NCBI RefSeq assembly: GCF_009914755.1
Contig: NC_060941.1
Strand: one strand, 5' to 3'
From: the human T2T-CHM13v2.0 reference genome, Homo sapiens
DNA length: 64,000 nt
The notes under the pieces were generated by a model, which was given only the letters and a program-made list of their open reading frames with translations, was not told where the DNA came from and searched no databases. Made by a program: the position numbers and the translations under genes. This document shows, one piece after another, positions 34,432-46,620 of the stretch (the first letter of the stretch is position 1; every line of letters begins with the position of its first letter).

Positions 34432-35167
34432 GAGTCCGGAGACCCGAACCAGCACCCTTAAGCAGGGTCCACCTCCACCTGTAGAAATCGGCCCAAGGAG
34501 GTCCTGAGGAAAGGACTCCCGGGAGTCCGGCTCTGGGGGGCCCGAAGCCCCACTCCCACAACGCCCCCTACTACATCCCAGCTCAAGCAAACACCGTGAC
34601 TGCCACAAAAACCCCCGACCACACATCGCAAAACCTGTTTAAAGGAGCCACAGCCGGACTTTGAAGAGCAAAGCCCGACTCCGCATGGGAAATGCAAATG
34701 CGCGAGGCGCCAGCCCATTCTCCAGTCACAGTGACTCCAACAGTTGGCTGAGGACCACTCCTTAAACCTTATCAAAGCAAGAGCACTTTCGGACAGTGCG
34801 TCGGCGTTGAGGATCTAGCATGACCAACCCAGGGGGTCGAAAAAACAGTTTCAGGACACCACGATACACTGAGGGCTAACCAGGAAGCAGAAAGAACAGA
34901 CGGAGTCCTGTGAAAGAAGCGCAACATCCCAGACTCAGGCCTGCCCGGACGGTGTTCGGGTGAGTCTCCCCAGAAGTCGTGCCCCCGAGATCTCGAGGAC
35001 AGGACTGCCAGCGTGCCCGGGGGCTATTCGCTCACACAAGTTTCGTTCCCGACGAGAGCAGAACCCGGCAGCCACAGGGGTTGCCTGGGGGCCAGTATTT
35101 CTATGCCACCCCTGTAGGACTGTGGGTGGGGGTGTCCACCGTGACTGGATGTGTCTTCTAGGAAACG
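34432..35167 (+). repeat. Degenerate, shortened edge monomer of the macrosatellite
   Basis: Colinear anchors with the unit: CAAGGAGGTCCTGA, TTTAAAGG, ATGCGCGAGGCGC, TCACAGTG, CTCAGGCCTGCC.GGACGGTGTTCGGGTGAGT. Confidence 0.85.
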
Positions 35168-35807
35168 ACAGTCTTGAAGAGGAAGCCGGGAATGGGAGAT
35201 GGCAACAATCCCCGTCCCTGGAACGCCGGCCTCTCTGGACAAGCCACCCGCTTCGCACCCCTCCTCTTATGCCCGTGGCGGTGGCACGGCGCTGTATCCT
35301 GCCTGGGCTATGGCCTCTGCTCTGTCGTCCCTCTTGCTCTGTCTCCCCTGTTTCTGAGCGGCCTAGATGCCTCTCGGTCTGGCTGAATATCTTCTACGAA
35401 GATCACTTCCCCGTCCATCAGGGAGACACTTCCTGGAGATCCGTGTCATGACTGTTTCTCTCTCCAAGCCTGTTTCTGCTGGATTGCGCAGGTCTCATGA
35501 CCCTGGGGCTCTTGGCTTCCATACGTGTCTCAGACAGGGAAGCTTCCTCGGTCTCCGTGTTTCACCTCATGGGTGGGTGGATTGCCTAGGATGAGCGAGC
35601 GCTAGGCCGGCGAGACTGGCCTTGTCTTCTAGGACAAGTGCATTTCCCCTGCGCTTCCTGTCTCACTCTTGAGGGACATCCTCTCCTCCGCTCACAGGTG
35701 GACAGACTCCCTGGATCTTTTGGCTGTAACGAATGTCAGGAAACAAAGGGACTGCGCTGGGACTGGGGCTGGGGCTGCGTGCAGGGGAGGTTGCGTCAGG
35801 GCTAGCT

Positions 35808-35832
35808 GGGTGGTGGAGGGTTGGGGGTGGGG
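35808..35832 (+). other. Canonical G-quadruplex motif, present in every unit
   Basis: GGG TGGTGGA GGG TT GGGGG T GGGG fits the G3+N1-7 x4 pattern. Confidence 0.6.
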
Positions 35833-36499
35833 TGACTGTTGCAGAAACCTCTGTGGTCCTCTGGCAGGCATTTCAACATGTGGCTTGGCTGAGGCACAAG
35901 CCCCGTCCAGGTTCCCAGGTCTTCTTTGTGTTCCCTTGGCACTCAGGGAAAGGCCACTTGATCCCCTTTCTACCGGGCGCATGCCTGGGCACCACTGTTG
36001 CTTTCGCCCTCGCCCCACATGCCTCCGGTGACATACATTCACGCCATCTGCTCTGGTATACGCCAGTGCCAGGCGTGATCGCATTGTCTCCACCTGGGAT
36101 TCGCCCCGTCCCTGTCTGCACGTGTCCTGGAAAGCGGTGTCGGCTTGCAGGAGCCCCAGGGCTTTTAGAAGCGGGCCAGGCCACCGCTCTTTCAAAGGAG
36201 GAGGGAGGCAGAGGGCTCACGGATCAGTGAATTTTCCGCTGACAGCAGGCCTTGAGGGCCATGGGATCATTCTGTGCTGCAGCGAGGCCCTGCCTGCCTC
36301 AGCAGATGTGGTGAGCCCATCCTTTCTCGCCCAGAGTGGTCCAAAATCGCATCTGAAGAGGAGTCCTGAGAACCCAGCAGGCGCCCTGAAGCTCCCCGTC
36401 CATCGGTGGAAGTCGGCTCAAGGAGGTCCTGAAGACGGGACTCCTGGGGGCTCGGCCCTGGGACACCCGTGGCCCCCTCTCCCACGCGGCCCCAAACTG

Positions 36500-36660
36500 G
36501 ACCCCGGATCCAGCCGCAGCCGCGGCTGCAGCAGGCGCGCCCCCTGCCGCCGCGCAGCCGCCCGTATTTAAAGGGGACGCAGCCTGCCTGACTGCCAGGA
36601 GCCAAGCGCGAGTCGGCCCAGCCAAAGCGCATGCGCGAGGCGCGCGCCGCTTTTTGCTTC
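36500..36660 (+). promoter_or_regulatory. Putative CpG-island promoter in each unit (TATA-like box and NRF1 site)
   Basis: TATTTAAA at 36565-36572 inside a very GC-rich patch; palindrome GCGCATGCGC at 36627-36636; repeated in all 12 units. Confidence 0.5.
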
Positions 36661-36898
36661 ACAGTGCTTCCCACGGTTGTCTTAGGAACCAGTCCCCGAG
36701 GCTTGGCAACGCGGGAGCCCTCCGTGGCGGCGCCTGGGTGTCGGGCCTCCGAGGCTCCGGCCTGACCTCTCCACGGGGTCCACAGGAACGTCTCCGGCTG
36801 CCAGGAGTCACAAGGGGCCGAGCAGGATGAGGAAACCACAGGCGGAGTCCGGGGGAAGCAGCGTGGCATCCCAGCCTCAGGCCTGCCAGGACGGTGTT

Positions 36899-36907
36899 CG
36901 GGTGAGT
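36899..36907 (+). other. Consensus 5' splice donor in each unit
   Basis: CGG|GTGAGT with GT at 36902-36903; also intact in the degenerate edge monomer near 34960. Confidence 0.45.
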
Positions 36908-37133
36908 CTCCCGAGAAGTCGTGCCCCCGTGATCTCGAGGACAGGTCCGCCTGCGTGCCCGAGGGCTGTTCTCTCAGCCGAGGGTTGTTCCCCTCCAGAG
37001 CAGAACCCGGCAGCCACAGGGGTTGCCTGGGGGCGTGCATTGCTCGGCCACCGCGGTAGGACTGTGTGTGGGGCTGTGTCTCCCATTCTCCCTTCTCTCT
37101 CTGTCTCTCACCCTCTGTGTGCTTCTTTCCCTC

Positions 37134-37158
37134 TGTGTGTGTGTGTGTGTGTGTGTGT
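37134..37158 (+). repeat. (GT)12 microsatellite in each unit, preceded by a CT-rich tract; expanded in units 2, 5 and 6
   Basis: T(GT)12 is standard; T(GT)24 at 39487-39535; T(GT)15TT(GT)10 at 46570-46622; T(GT)13 at 48951-48977. Confidence 0.92.
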
Positions 37159-39483
37159 CTTTGGACGAATGTGCCCTGTGCGTCAAAAAGGGATGTCTTT
37201 TATGTGGACCGGTCTTTGGTGAGCCTCTTTCTGCGTCTCTCCCTGGGTCCTGCGGCCAGCTGTCCATCGTCTTCGCGGCGGTTCCACTTTGGGTCTGTGC
37301 AGGCCTCGATAACGTGAGGGGATGCATCGGGCCCGGAGCAGTGGAAGTCTCATCCCCATCCTGAGCGGCCTCTTTTCTAGGATCGAGAGGACCACACTGC
37401 AGCCCAGGACAAAAGCCCCACGGTAGCACATTGTCCGGCAGGAGAGGAGCAGACCCACGTCCAAGAAGATGGTTTTACCTTTCCACGCCCCTTCTCTGCG
37501 AAATGAAGCCACACCACCACACAGTCTTGAAGAGGAAGCCTGGAATGGGAGACGGCAACAAGCCCCGTCCCTGGAACGCTGGCCTCTCTGGACAAGCCAC
37601 CCGCTTCGCACCCCTCCTCTTATGCCCGTGGCGGTGGCACGGCGCTGTATCCTGCCTGGGCTATGGCCTCTGCTCTGTCGTCCCTCTTGCTCTGTCTCCC
37701 CTGTTTCTGAGCGGCCTAGATGCCTCTCGGTCTGGCTGAATATCTTCTACGAAGATCACTTCCCCGTCCATCAGGGAGACACTTCCTGGAGATCCGTGTC
37801 ATGACTGTTTCTCTCTCCAAGCCTGTTTCTGCTGGATTGCGCAGGTCTGATGACCCTGGGGCTCTTGGCTTCCATACGTGTCTCAGACAGGGAAGCTTCC
37901 TCGGTCTCCGTGTTTCACCTCATGGGTGGGTGGATTGCCTAGGATGAGCGAGCGCTAGGCCGGCGAGACTGGCCTTGTCTTCTAGGACAAGTGCATTTCC
38001 CCTGCGCTTCCTGTCTCACTCTTGAGGGACATCCTCTCCTCCGCTCACAGGTGGACAGACTCCCTGGATCTTTTGGCTGTAACGAATGTCAGGAAACAAA
38101 GGGACTGCGCTGGGACTGGGGCTGGGGCTGCGTGCAGGGGAGGTTGCGTCAGGGCTAGCTGGGTGGTGGAGGGTTGGGGGTGGGGTGACTGTTGCAGAAA
38201 CCTCTGTGGTCCTCTGGCAGGCATTTCAACATGTGGCTTGGCTGAGGCACAAGCCCCGTCCAGGTTCCCAGGTCTTCTTTGTGTTCCCTTGGCACTCAGG
38301 GAAAGGCCACTTGATCCCCTTTCTACCGGGCGCATGCCTGGGCACCACTGTTGCTTTCGCCCTCGCCCCACATGCCTCCGGTGACATACATTCACGCCAT
38401 CTGCTCTGGTATACGCCAGTGCCAGGCGTGATCGCATTGTCTCCACCTGGGATTCGCCCCGTCCCTGTCTGCACGTGTCCTGGAAAGCGGTGTCGGCTTG
38501 CAGGAGCCCCAGGGCTTTTAGAAGCGGGCCAGGCCACCGCTCTTTCAAAGGAGGAGGGAGGCAGAGGGCTCACGGATCAGTGAATTTTCCGCTGACAGCA
38601 GGCCTTGAGGGCCATGGGATCATTCTGTGCTGCAGCGAGGCCCTGCCTGCCTCAGCAGATGTGGTGAGCCCATCCTTTCTCGCCCAGAGTGGTCCAAAAT
38701 CGCATCTGAAGAGGAGTCCTGAGAACCCAGCAGGCGCCCTGAAGCTCCCCGTCCATCGGTGGAAGTCGGCTCAAGGAGGTCCTGAAGACGGGACTCCTGG
38801 GGGCTCGGCCCTGGGACACCCGTGGCCCCCTCTCCCACGCGGCCCCAAACTGGACCCCGGATCCAGCCGCAGCCGCGGCTGCAGCAGGCGCGCCCCCTGC
38901 CGCCGCGCAGCCGCCCGTATTTAAAGGGGACGCAGCCTGCCTGACTGCCAGGAGCCAAGCGCGAGTCGGCCCAGCCAAAGCGCATGCGCGAGGCGCGCGC
39001 CGCTTTTTGCTTCACAGTGCTTCCCACGGTTGTCTTAGGAACCAGTCCCCGAGGCTTGGCAACGCGGGAGCCCTCCGTGGCAGCGCTTGGGTGTCGGGCC
39101 TCCGAGGCTCCGGCCTGACCTCTCCACGGGGTCCACAGGAACGTCTCCGGCTGCCAGGAGTCGCAAGGGGCCGAGCAGGATGAGGAAACCACAGGCGGAG
39201 TCCGGGGGAAGCAGCGTGGCATCCCAGCCTCAGGCCTGCCAGGACGGTGTTCGGGTGAGTCTCCCGAGAAGTCGTGCCCCCGTGATCTCGAGGACAGGTC
39301 CGCCTGCGTGCCCGAGGGCTGTTCTCTCAGCCGAGGGTTGTTCCTCTCCAGAGCAGAACCCGGCAGCCGCAGGGGTTGCCTGGGGGCGTGCATTGCTCGG
39401 CCACCGCGGTAGGACTGTGTGTGGGGCTGTGTCTCCCATTCTCCCTTCTCTCTCTGTCTCTCACCCTCTGTGTGCTTCTTTCC

Positions 39484-39536
<53 letters not shown>

Positions 39537-42500
39537 TTTGGACGAATGTGCCCTGTGCGTCAAAAAGGGATGTCTTTTATGTGGACCGGTCTTTGGTGCG
39601 CCTCTTTCTGCGTCTCTCCCTGGGTCCTGCGGCCAGCTGTCCATCGTCTTCGCGGCGGTTCCACTTTGGGTCTGTGCAGGCCTCGATAACGTGAGGGGAT
39701 GCATCGGGCCCGGAGCAATGGAAGTCTCATCCCCATCCTGAGCGGCCTCTTTTCTAGGATCGAGAGGACCACACTGCAGCCCAGGACAAAAGCCCCACGG
39801 TAGCACATTGTCCGGCAGGAGAGGAGCAGACCCACGTCCAAGAAGATGGTTTTACCTTTCCACGCCCCTTCTCTGCGAAATGAAGCCACACCACCACACA
39901 GTCTTGAAGAGGAAGCCTGGAATGGGAGACGGCAACAAGCCCCGTCCCTGGAACGCTGGCCTCTCTGGACAAGCCACCCGCTTCGCACCCCTCCTCTTAT
40001 GCCCGTGGCGGTGGCACGGCGCTGTATCCTGCCTGGGCTATGGCCTCTGCTCTGTCGTCCCTCTTGCTCTGTCTCCCCTGTTTCTGAGCGGCCTAGATGC
40101 CTCTCGGTCTGGCTGAATATCTTCTACGAAGATCACTTCCCCGTCCATCAGGGAGACACTTCCTGGAGATCCGTGTCATGACTGTTTCTCTCTCCAAGCC
40201 CGTTTCTGCTGGATTGCGCAGGTCTGATGACCCTGGGGCTCTTGGCTTCCATACGTGTCTCAGACAGGGAAGCTTCCTCGGTCTCCGTGTTTCACCTCAT
40301 GGGTGGGTGGATTGCCTAGGATGAGCGAGCGCTAGGCCGGCGAGACTGGCCTTGTCTTCTAGGACAAGTGCATTTCCCCTGCGCTTCCTGTCTCACTCTT
40401 GAGGGACATCCTCTCCTCCGCTCACAGGTGGACAGACTCCCTGGATCTTTTGGCTGTAACGAATGTCAGGAAACAAAGGGACTGCGCTGGGACTGGCGCT
40501 GGGGCTGCGTGCAGGGGAGGTTGCGTCAGGGCTAGCTGGGTGGTGGAGGGTTGGGGGTGGGGTGACTGTTGCAGAAACCTCTGTGGTCCTCTGGCAGGCA
40601 TTTCAACATGTGGCTTGGCTGAGGCACAAGCCCCGTCCAGGTTCCCAGGTCTTCTTTGTGTTCCCTTGGCACTCAGGGAAAGGCCACTTGATCCCCTTTC
40701 TACCGGGCGCATGCCTGGGCACCACTGTTGCTTTCGCCCTCGCCCCACATGCCTCCGGTGACATACATTCACGCCATCTGCTCTGGTATACGCCAGTGCC
40801 AGGCGTGATCGCATTGTCTCCACCTGGGATTCGCCCCGTCCCTGTCTGCACGTGTCCTGGAAAGCGGTGTCGGCTTGCAGGAGCCCCAGGGCTTTTAGAA
40901 GCGGGCCAGGCCACCGCTCTTTCAAAGGAGGAGGGAGGCAGAGGGCTCACGGATCAGTGAATTTTCCGCTGACAGCAGGCCTTGAGGGCCATGGGATCAT
41001 TCTGTGCTGCAGCGAGGCCCTGCCTGCCTCAGCAGATGTGGTGAGCCCATCCTTTCTCGCCCAGAGTGGTCCAAAATCGCATCTGAAGAGGAGTCCTGAG
41101 AACCCAGCAGGCGCCCTGAAGCTCCCCGTCCATCGGTGGAAGTCGGCTCAAGGAGGTCCTGAAGACGGGACTCCTGGGGGCTCGGCCCTGGGACACCCGT
41201 GGCCCCCTCTCCCACGCGGCCCCAAACTGGACCCCGGATCCAGCCGCAGCCGCGGCTGCAGCAGGCGCGCCCCCTGCCGCCGCGCAGCCGCCCGTATTTA
41301 AAGGGGACGCAGCCTGCCTGACTGCCAGGAGCCAAGCGCGAGTCGGCCCAGCCAAAGCGCATGCGCGAGGCGCGCGCCGCTTTTTGCTTCACAGTGCTTC
41401 CCACGGTTGTCTTAGGAACCAGTCCCCGAGGCTTGGCAACGCGGGAGCCCTCCGTGGCGGCGCTTGGGTGTCGGGCCTCCGAGGCTCCGGCCTGACCTCT
41501 CCACGGGGTCCACAGGAACGTCTCCGGCTGCCAGGAGTCACAAGGGGCCGAGCAGGATGAGGAAACCACAGGCGGAGTCCGGGGGAAGCAGCGTGGCATC
41601 CCAGCCTCAGGCCTGCCAGGACGGTGTTCGGGTGAGTCTCCCGAGAAGTCGTGCCCCCGTGATCTCGAGGACAGGTCCGCCTGCGTGCCCGAGGGCTGTT
41701 CTCTCAGCCGAGGGTTGTTCCCCTCCAGAGCAGAACCCGGCAGCCGCAGGGGTTGCCTGGGGGCGTGTGTTTCTCGGCCACCGCGGTAGGACTGTGTGTG
41801 GGGCTGTGTCTCCCATTCTCCCTTCTCTCTCTGTCTCTCACCCTCTGTGTGCTTCTTTCCCTCTGTGTGTGTGTGTGTGTGTGTGTGTCTTTGGACGAAT
41901 GTGCCCTGTGCGTCAAAAAGGGATGTCTTTTATGTGGACCGGTCTTTGGTGAGCCTCTTTCTGCGTCTCTCCCTGGGTCCTGCGGCCAGCTGTCCATCGT
42001 CTTCGCGGCGGTTCCACTTTGGGTCTGTGCAGGCCTCGATAACGTGAGGGGATGCATCGGGCCCGGAGCAATGGAAGTCTCATCCCCATCCTGAGCGGCC
42101 TCTTTTCTAGGATCGAGAGGACCACACTGCAGCCCAGGACAAAAGCCCCACGGTAGCACATTGTCCGGCAGGAGAGGAGCAGACCCACGTCCAAGAAGAT
42201 GGTTTTACCTTTCCACGCCCCTTCTCTGCGAAATGAAGCCACACCACCACACAGTCTTGAAGAGGAAGCCTGGAATGGGAGACGGCAACAAGCCCCGTCC
42301 CTGGAACGCTGGCCTCTCTGGACAAGCCACCCGCTTCGCACCCCTCCTCTTATGCCCGTGGCGGTGGCACGGCGCTGTATCCTGCCTGGGCTATGGCCTC
42401 TGCTCTGTCGTCCCTCTTGCTCTGTCTCCCCTGTTTCTGAGCGGCCTAGATGCCTCTCGGTCTGGCTGAATATCTTCTACGAAGATCACTTCCCCGTCCA

Positions 42501-45500
42501 TCAGGGAGACACTTCCTGGAGATCCGTGTCATGACTGTTTCTCTCTCCAAGCCTGTTTCTGCTGGATTGCGCAGGTCTGATGACCCTGGGGCTCTTGGCT
42601 TCCATACGTGTCTCAGACAGGGAAGCTTCCTCGGTCTCCGTGTTTCACCTCATGGGTGGGTGGATTGCCTAGGATGAGCGAGCGCTAGGCCGGCGAGACT
42701 GGCCTTGTCTTCTAGGACAAGTGCATTTCCCCTGCGCTTCCTGTCTCACTCTTGAGGGACATCCTCTCCTCCGCTCACAGGTGGACAGACTCCCTGGATC
42801 TTTTGGCTGTAACGAATGTCAGGAAACAAAGGGACTGCGCTGGGACTGGGGCTGGGGCTGCGTGCAGGGGAGGTTGCGTCAGGGCTAGCTGGGTGGTGGA
42901 GGGTTGGGGGTGGGGTGACTGTTGCAGAAACCTCTGTGGTCCTCTGGCAGGCATTTCAACATGTGGCTTGGCTGAGGCACAAGCCCCGTCCAGGTTCCCA
43001 GGTCTTCTTTGTGTTCCCTTGGCACTCAGGGAAAGGCCACTTGATCCCCTTTCTACCGGGCGCATGCCTGGGCACCACTGTTGTTTTCGCCCTCGCCCCA
43101 CATGCCTCCGGTGACATACATTCACGCCATCTGCTCTGGTATACGCCAGTGCCAGGCGTGATCGCATTGTCTCCACCTGGGATTCGCCCCGTCCCTGTCT
43201 GCACGTGTCCTGGAAAGCGGTGTCAGCTTGCAGGAGCCCCAGGGCTTTTAGAAGCGGGCCAGGCCACCGCTCTTTCAAAGGAGGAGGGAGGCAGAGGGCT
43301 CACGGATCAGTGAATTTTCCGCTGACAGCAGGCCTTGAGGGCCATGGGATCATTCTGTGCTGCAGCGAGGCCCTGCCTGCCTCAGCAGATGTGGTGAGCC
43401 CATCCTTTCTCGCCCAGAGTGGTCCAAAATCGCATCTGAAGAGGAGTCCTGAGAACCCAGCAGGCGCCCTGAAGCTCCCCGTCCATCGGTGGAAGTCGGC
43501 TCAAGGAGGTCCTGAAGACGGGACTCCTGGGGGCTCGGCCCTGGGACACCCGTGGCCCCCTCTCCCACGCGGCCCCAAACTGGACCCCGGATCCAGCCGC
43601 AGCCGCGGCTGCAGCAGGCGCGCCCCCTGCCGCCGCGCAGCCGCCCGTATTTAAAGGGGACGCAGCCTGCCTGACTGCCAGGAGCCAAGCGCGAGTCGGC
43701 CCAGCCAAAGCGCATGCGCGAGGCGCGCGCCGCTTTTTGCTTCACAGTGCTTCCCACGGTTGTCTTAGGAACCAGTCCCCGAGGCTTGGCAACGCGGGAG
43801 CCCTCCGTGGCGGCGCCTGGGTGTCGGGCCTCCGAGGCTCCGGCCTGACCTCTCCACGGGGTCCACAGGAACGTCTCCGGCTGCCAGGAGTCACAAGGGG
43901 CCGAGCAGGATGAGGAAACCACAGGCGGAGTCCGGGGGAAGCAGCGTGGCATCCCAGCCTCAGGCCTGCCAGGACGGTGTTCGGGTGAGTCTCCCGAGAA
44001 GTCGTGCCCCCGTGATCTCGAGGACAGGTCCGCCTGCGTGCCCGAGGGCTGTTCTCTCAGCCGAGGGTTGTTCCCCTCCAGAGCAGAACCCGGCAGCCGC
44101 AGGGGTTGCCTGGGGGCGTGTGTTTCTCGGCCACCGCGGTAGGACTGTGTGTGGGGCTGTGTCTCCCATTCTCCCTTCTCTCTCTGTCTCTCACCCTCTG
44201 TGTGCTTCTTTCCCTCTGTGTGTGTGTGTGTGTGTGTGTGTCTTTGGACGAATGTGCCCTGTGCGTCAAAAAGGGATGTCTTTTATGTGGACCGGTCTTT
44301 GGTGAGCCTCTTTCTGCGTCTCTCCCTGGGTCCTGCGGCCAGCTGTCCATCGTCTTCGCGGCGGTTCCACTTTGGGTCTGTGCAGGCCTCGATAACGTGA
44401 GGGGATGCATCGGGCCCGGAGCAATGGAAGTCTCATCCCCATCCTGAGCGGCCTCTTTTCTAGGATCGAGAGGACCACACTGCAGCCCAGGACAAAAGCC
44501 CCACGGTAGCACATTGTCCGGCAGGAGAGGAGCAGACCCACGTCCAAGAAGATGGTTTTACCTTTCCACGCCCCTTCTCTGCGAAATGAAGCCACACCAC
44601 CACACAGTCTTGAAGAGGAAGCCTGGAATGGGAGACGGCAACAAGCCCCGTCCCTGGAACGCTGGCCTCTCTGGACAAGCCACCCGCTTCGCACCCCTCC
44701 TCTTATGCCCGTGGCGGTGGCACGGCGCTGTATCCTGCCTGGGCTATGGCCTCTGCTCTGTCGTCCCTCTTGCTCTGTCTCCCCTGTTTCTGAGCGGCCT
44801 AGATGCCTCTCGGTCTGGCTGAATATCTTCTACGAAGATCACTTCCCCGTCCATCAGGGAGACACTTCCTGGAGATCCGTGTCATGACTGTTTCTCTCTC
44901 CAAGCCTGTTTCTGCTGGATTGCGCAGGTCTGATGACCCTGGGGCTCTTGGCTTCCATACGTGTCTCAGACAGGGAAGCTTCCTCGGTCTCCGTGTTTCA
45001 CCTCATGGGTGGGTGGATTGCCTAGGATGAGCGAGCGCTAGGCCGGCGAGACTGGCCTTGTCTTCTAGGACAAGTGCATTTCCCCTGCGCTTCCTGTCTC
45101 ACTCTTGAGGGACATCCTCTCCTCCGCTCACAGGTGGACAGACTCCCTGGATCTTTTGGCTGTAACGAATGTCAGGAAACAAAGGGACTGCGCTGGGACT
45201 GGGGCTGGGGCTGCGTGCAGGGGAGGTTGCGTCAGGGCTAGCTGGGTGGTGGAGGGTTGGGGGTGGGGTGACTGTTGCAGAAACCTCTGTGGTCCTCTGG
45301 CAGGCATTTCAACATGTGGCTTGGCTGAGGCACAAGCCCCGTCCAGGTTCCCAGGTCTTCTTTGTGTTCCCTTGGCACTCAGGGAAAGGCCACTTGATCC
45401 CCTTTCTACCGGGCGCATGCCTGGGCACCACTGTTGCTTTCGCCCTCGCCCCACATGCCTCCGGTGACATACATTCACGCCATCTGCTCTGGTATACGCC

Positions 45501-46566
45501 AGTGCCAGGCGTGATCGCATTGTCTCCACCTGGGATTCGCCCCGTCCCTGTCTGCACGTGTCCTGGAAAGCGGTGTCGGCTTGCAGGAGCCCCAGGGCTT
45601 TTAGAAGCGGGCCAGGCCACCGCTCTTTCAAAGGAGGAGGGAGGCAGAGGGCTCACGGATCAGTGAATTTTCCGCTGACAGCAGGCCTTGAGGGCCATGG
45701 GATCATTCTGTGCTGCAGCGAGGCCCTGCCTGCCTCAGCAGATGTGGTGAGCCCATCCTTTCTCGCCCAGAGTGGTCCAAAATCGCATCTGAAGAGGAGT
45801 CCTGAGAACCCAGCAGGCGCCCTGAAGCTCCCCGTCCATCGGTGGAAGTCGGCTCAAGGAGGTCCTGAAGACGGGACTCCTGGGGGCTCGGCCCTGGGAC
45901 ACCCGTGGCCCCCTCTCCCACGCGGCCCCAAACTGGACCCCGGATCCAGCCGCAGCCGCGGCTGCAGCAGGCGCGCCCCCTGCCGCCGCGCAGCCGCCCG
46001 TATTTAAAGGGGACGCAGCCTGCCTGACTGCCAGGAGCCAAGCGCGAGTCGGCCCAGCCAAAGCGCATGCGCGAGGCGCGCGCCGCTTTTTGCTTCACAG
46101 TGCTTCCCACGGTTGTCTTAGGAACCAGTCCCCGAGGCTTGGCAACGCGGGAGCCCTCCGTGGCAGCGCTTGGGTGTCGGGCCTCCGAGGCTCCGGCCTG
46201 ACCTCTCCACGGGGTCCACAGGAACGTCTCCGGCTGCCAGGAGTCGCAAGGGGCCGAGCAGGATGAGGAAACCACAGGCGGAGTCCGGGGGAAGCAGCGT
46301 GGCATCCCAGCCTCAGGCCTGCCAGGACGGTGTTCGGGTGAGTCTCCCGAGAAGTCGTGCCCCCGTGATCTCGAGGACAGGTCCGCCTGCGTGCCCGAGG
46401 GCTGTTCTCTCAGCCGAGGGTTGTTCCTCTCCAGAGCAGAACCCGGCAGCCGCAGGGGTTGCCTGGGGGCGTGCATTGCTCGGCCACCGCGGTAGGACTG
46501 TGTGTGGGGCTGTGTCTCCCATTCTCCCTTCTCTCTCTGTCTCTCACCCTCTGTGTGCTTCTTTCC

Positions 46567-46620
<54 letters not shown>

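Noticed and set aside
34790-34855. Faint resemblance to the 3' end of a snaR or Alu-derived small RNA (GGGTCGAAAAAA)
   Set aside because: Better explained as the degenerate satellite monomer, colinear with ~36740-36795
36190-36220. PRDM9 13-mer (CCNCCNTNNCCNC) in the unit or in the THE1 LTRs
   Set aside because: The candidates I checked by eye do not fit the consensus; a position-weight-matrix scan is needed
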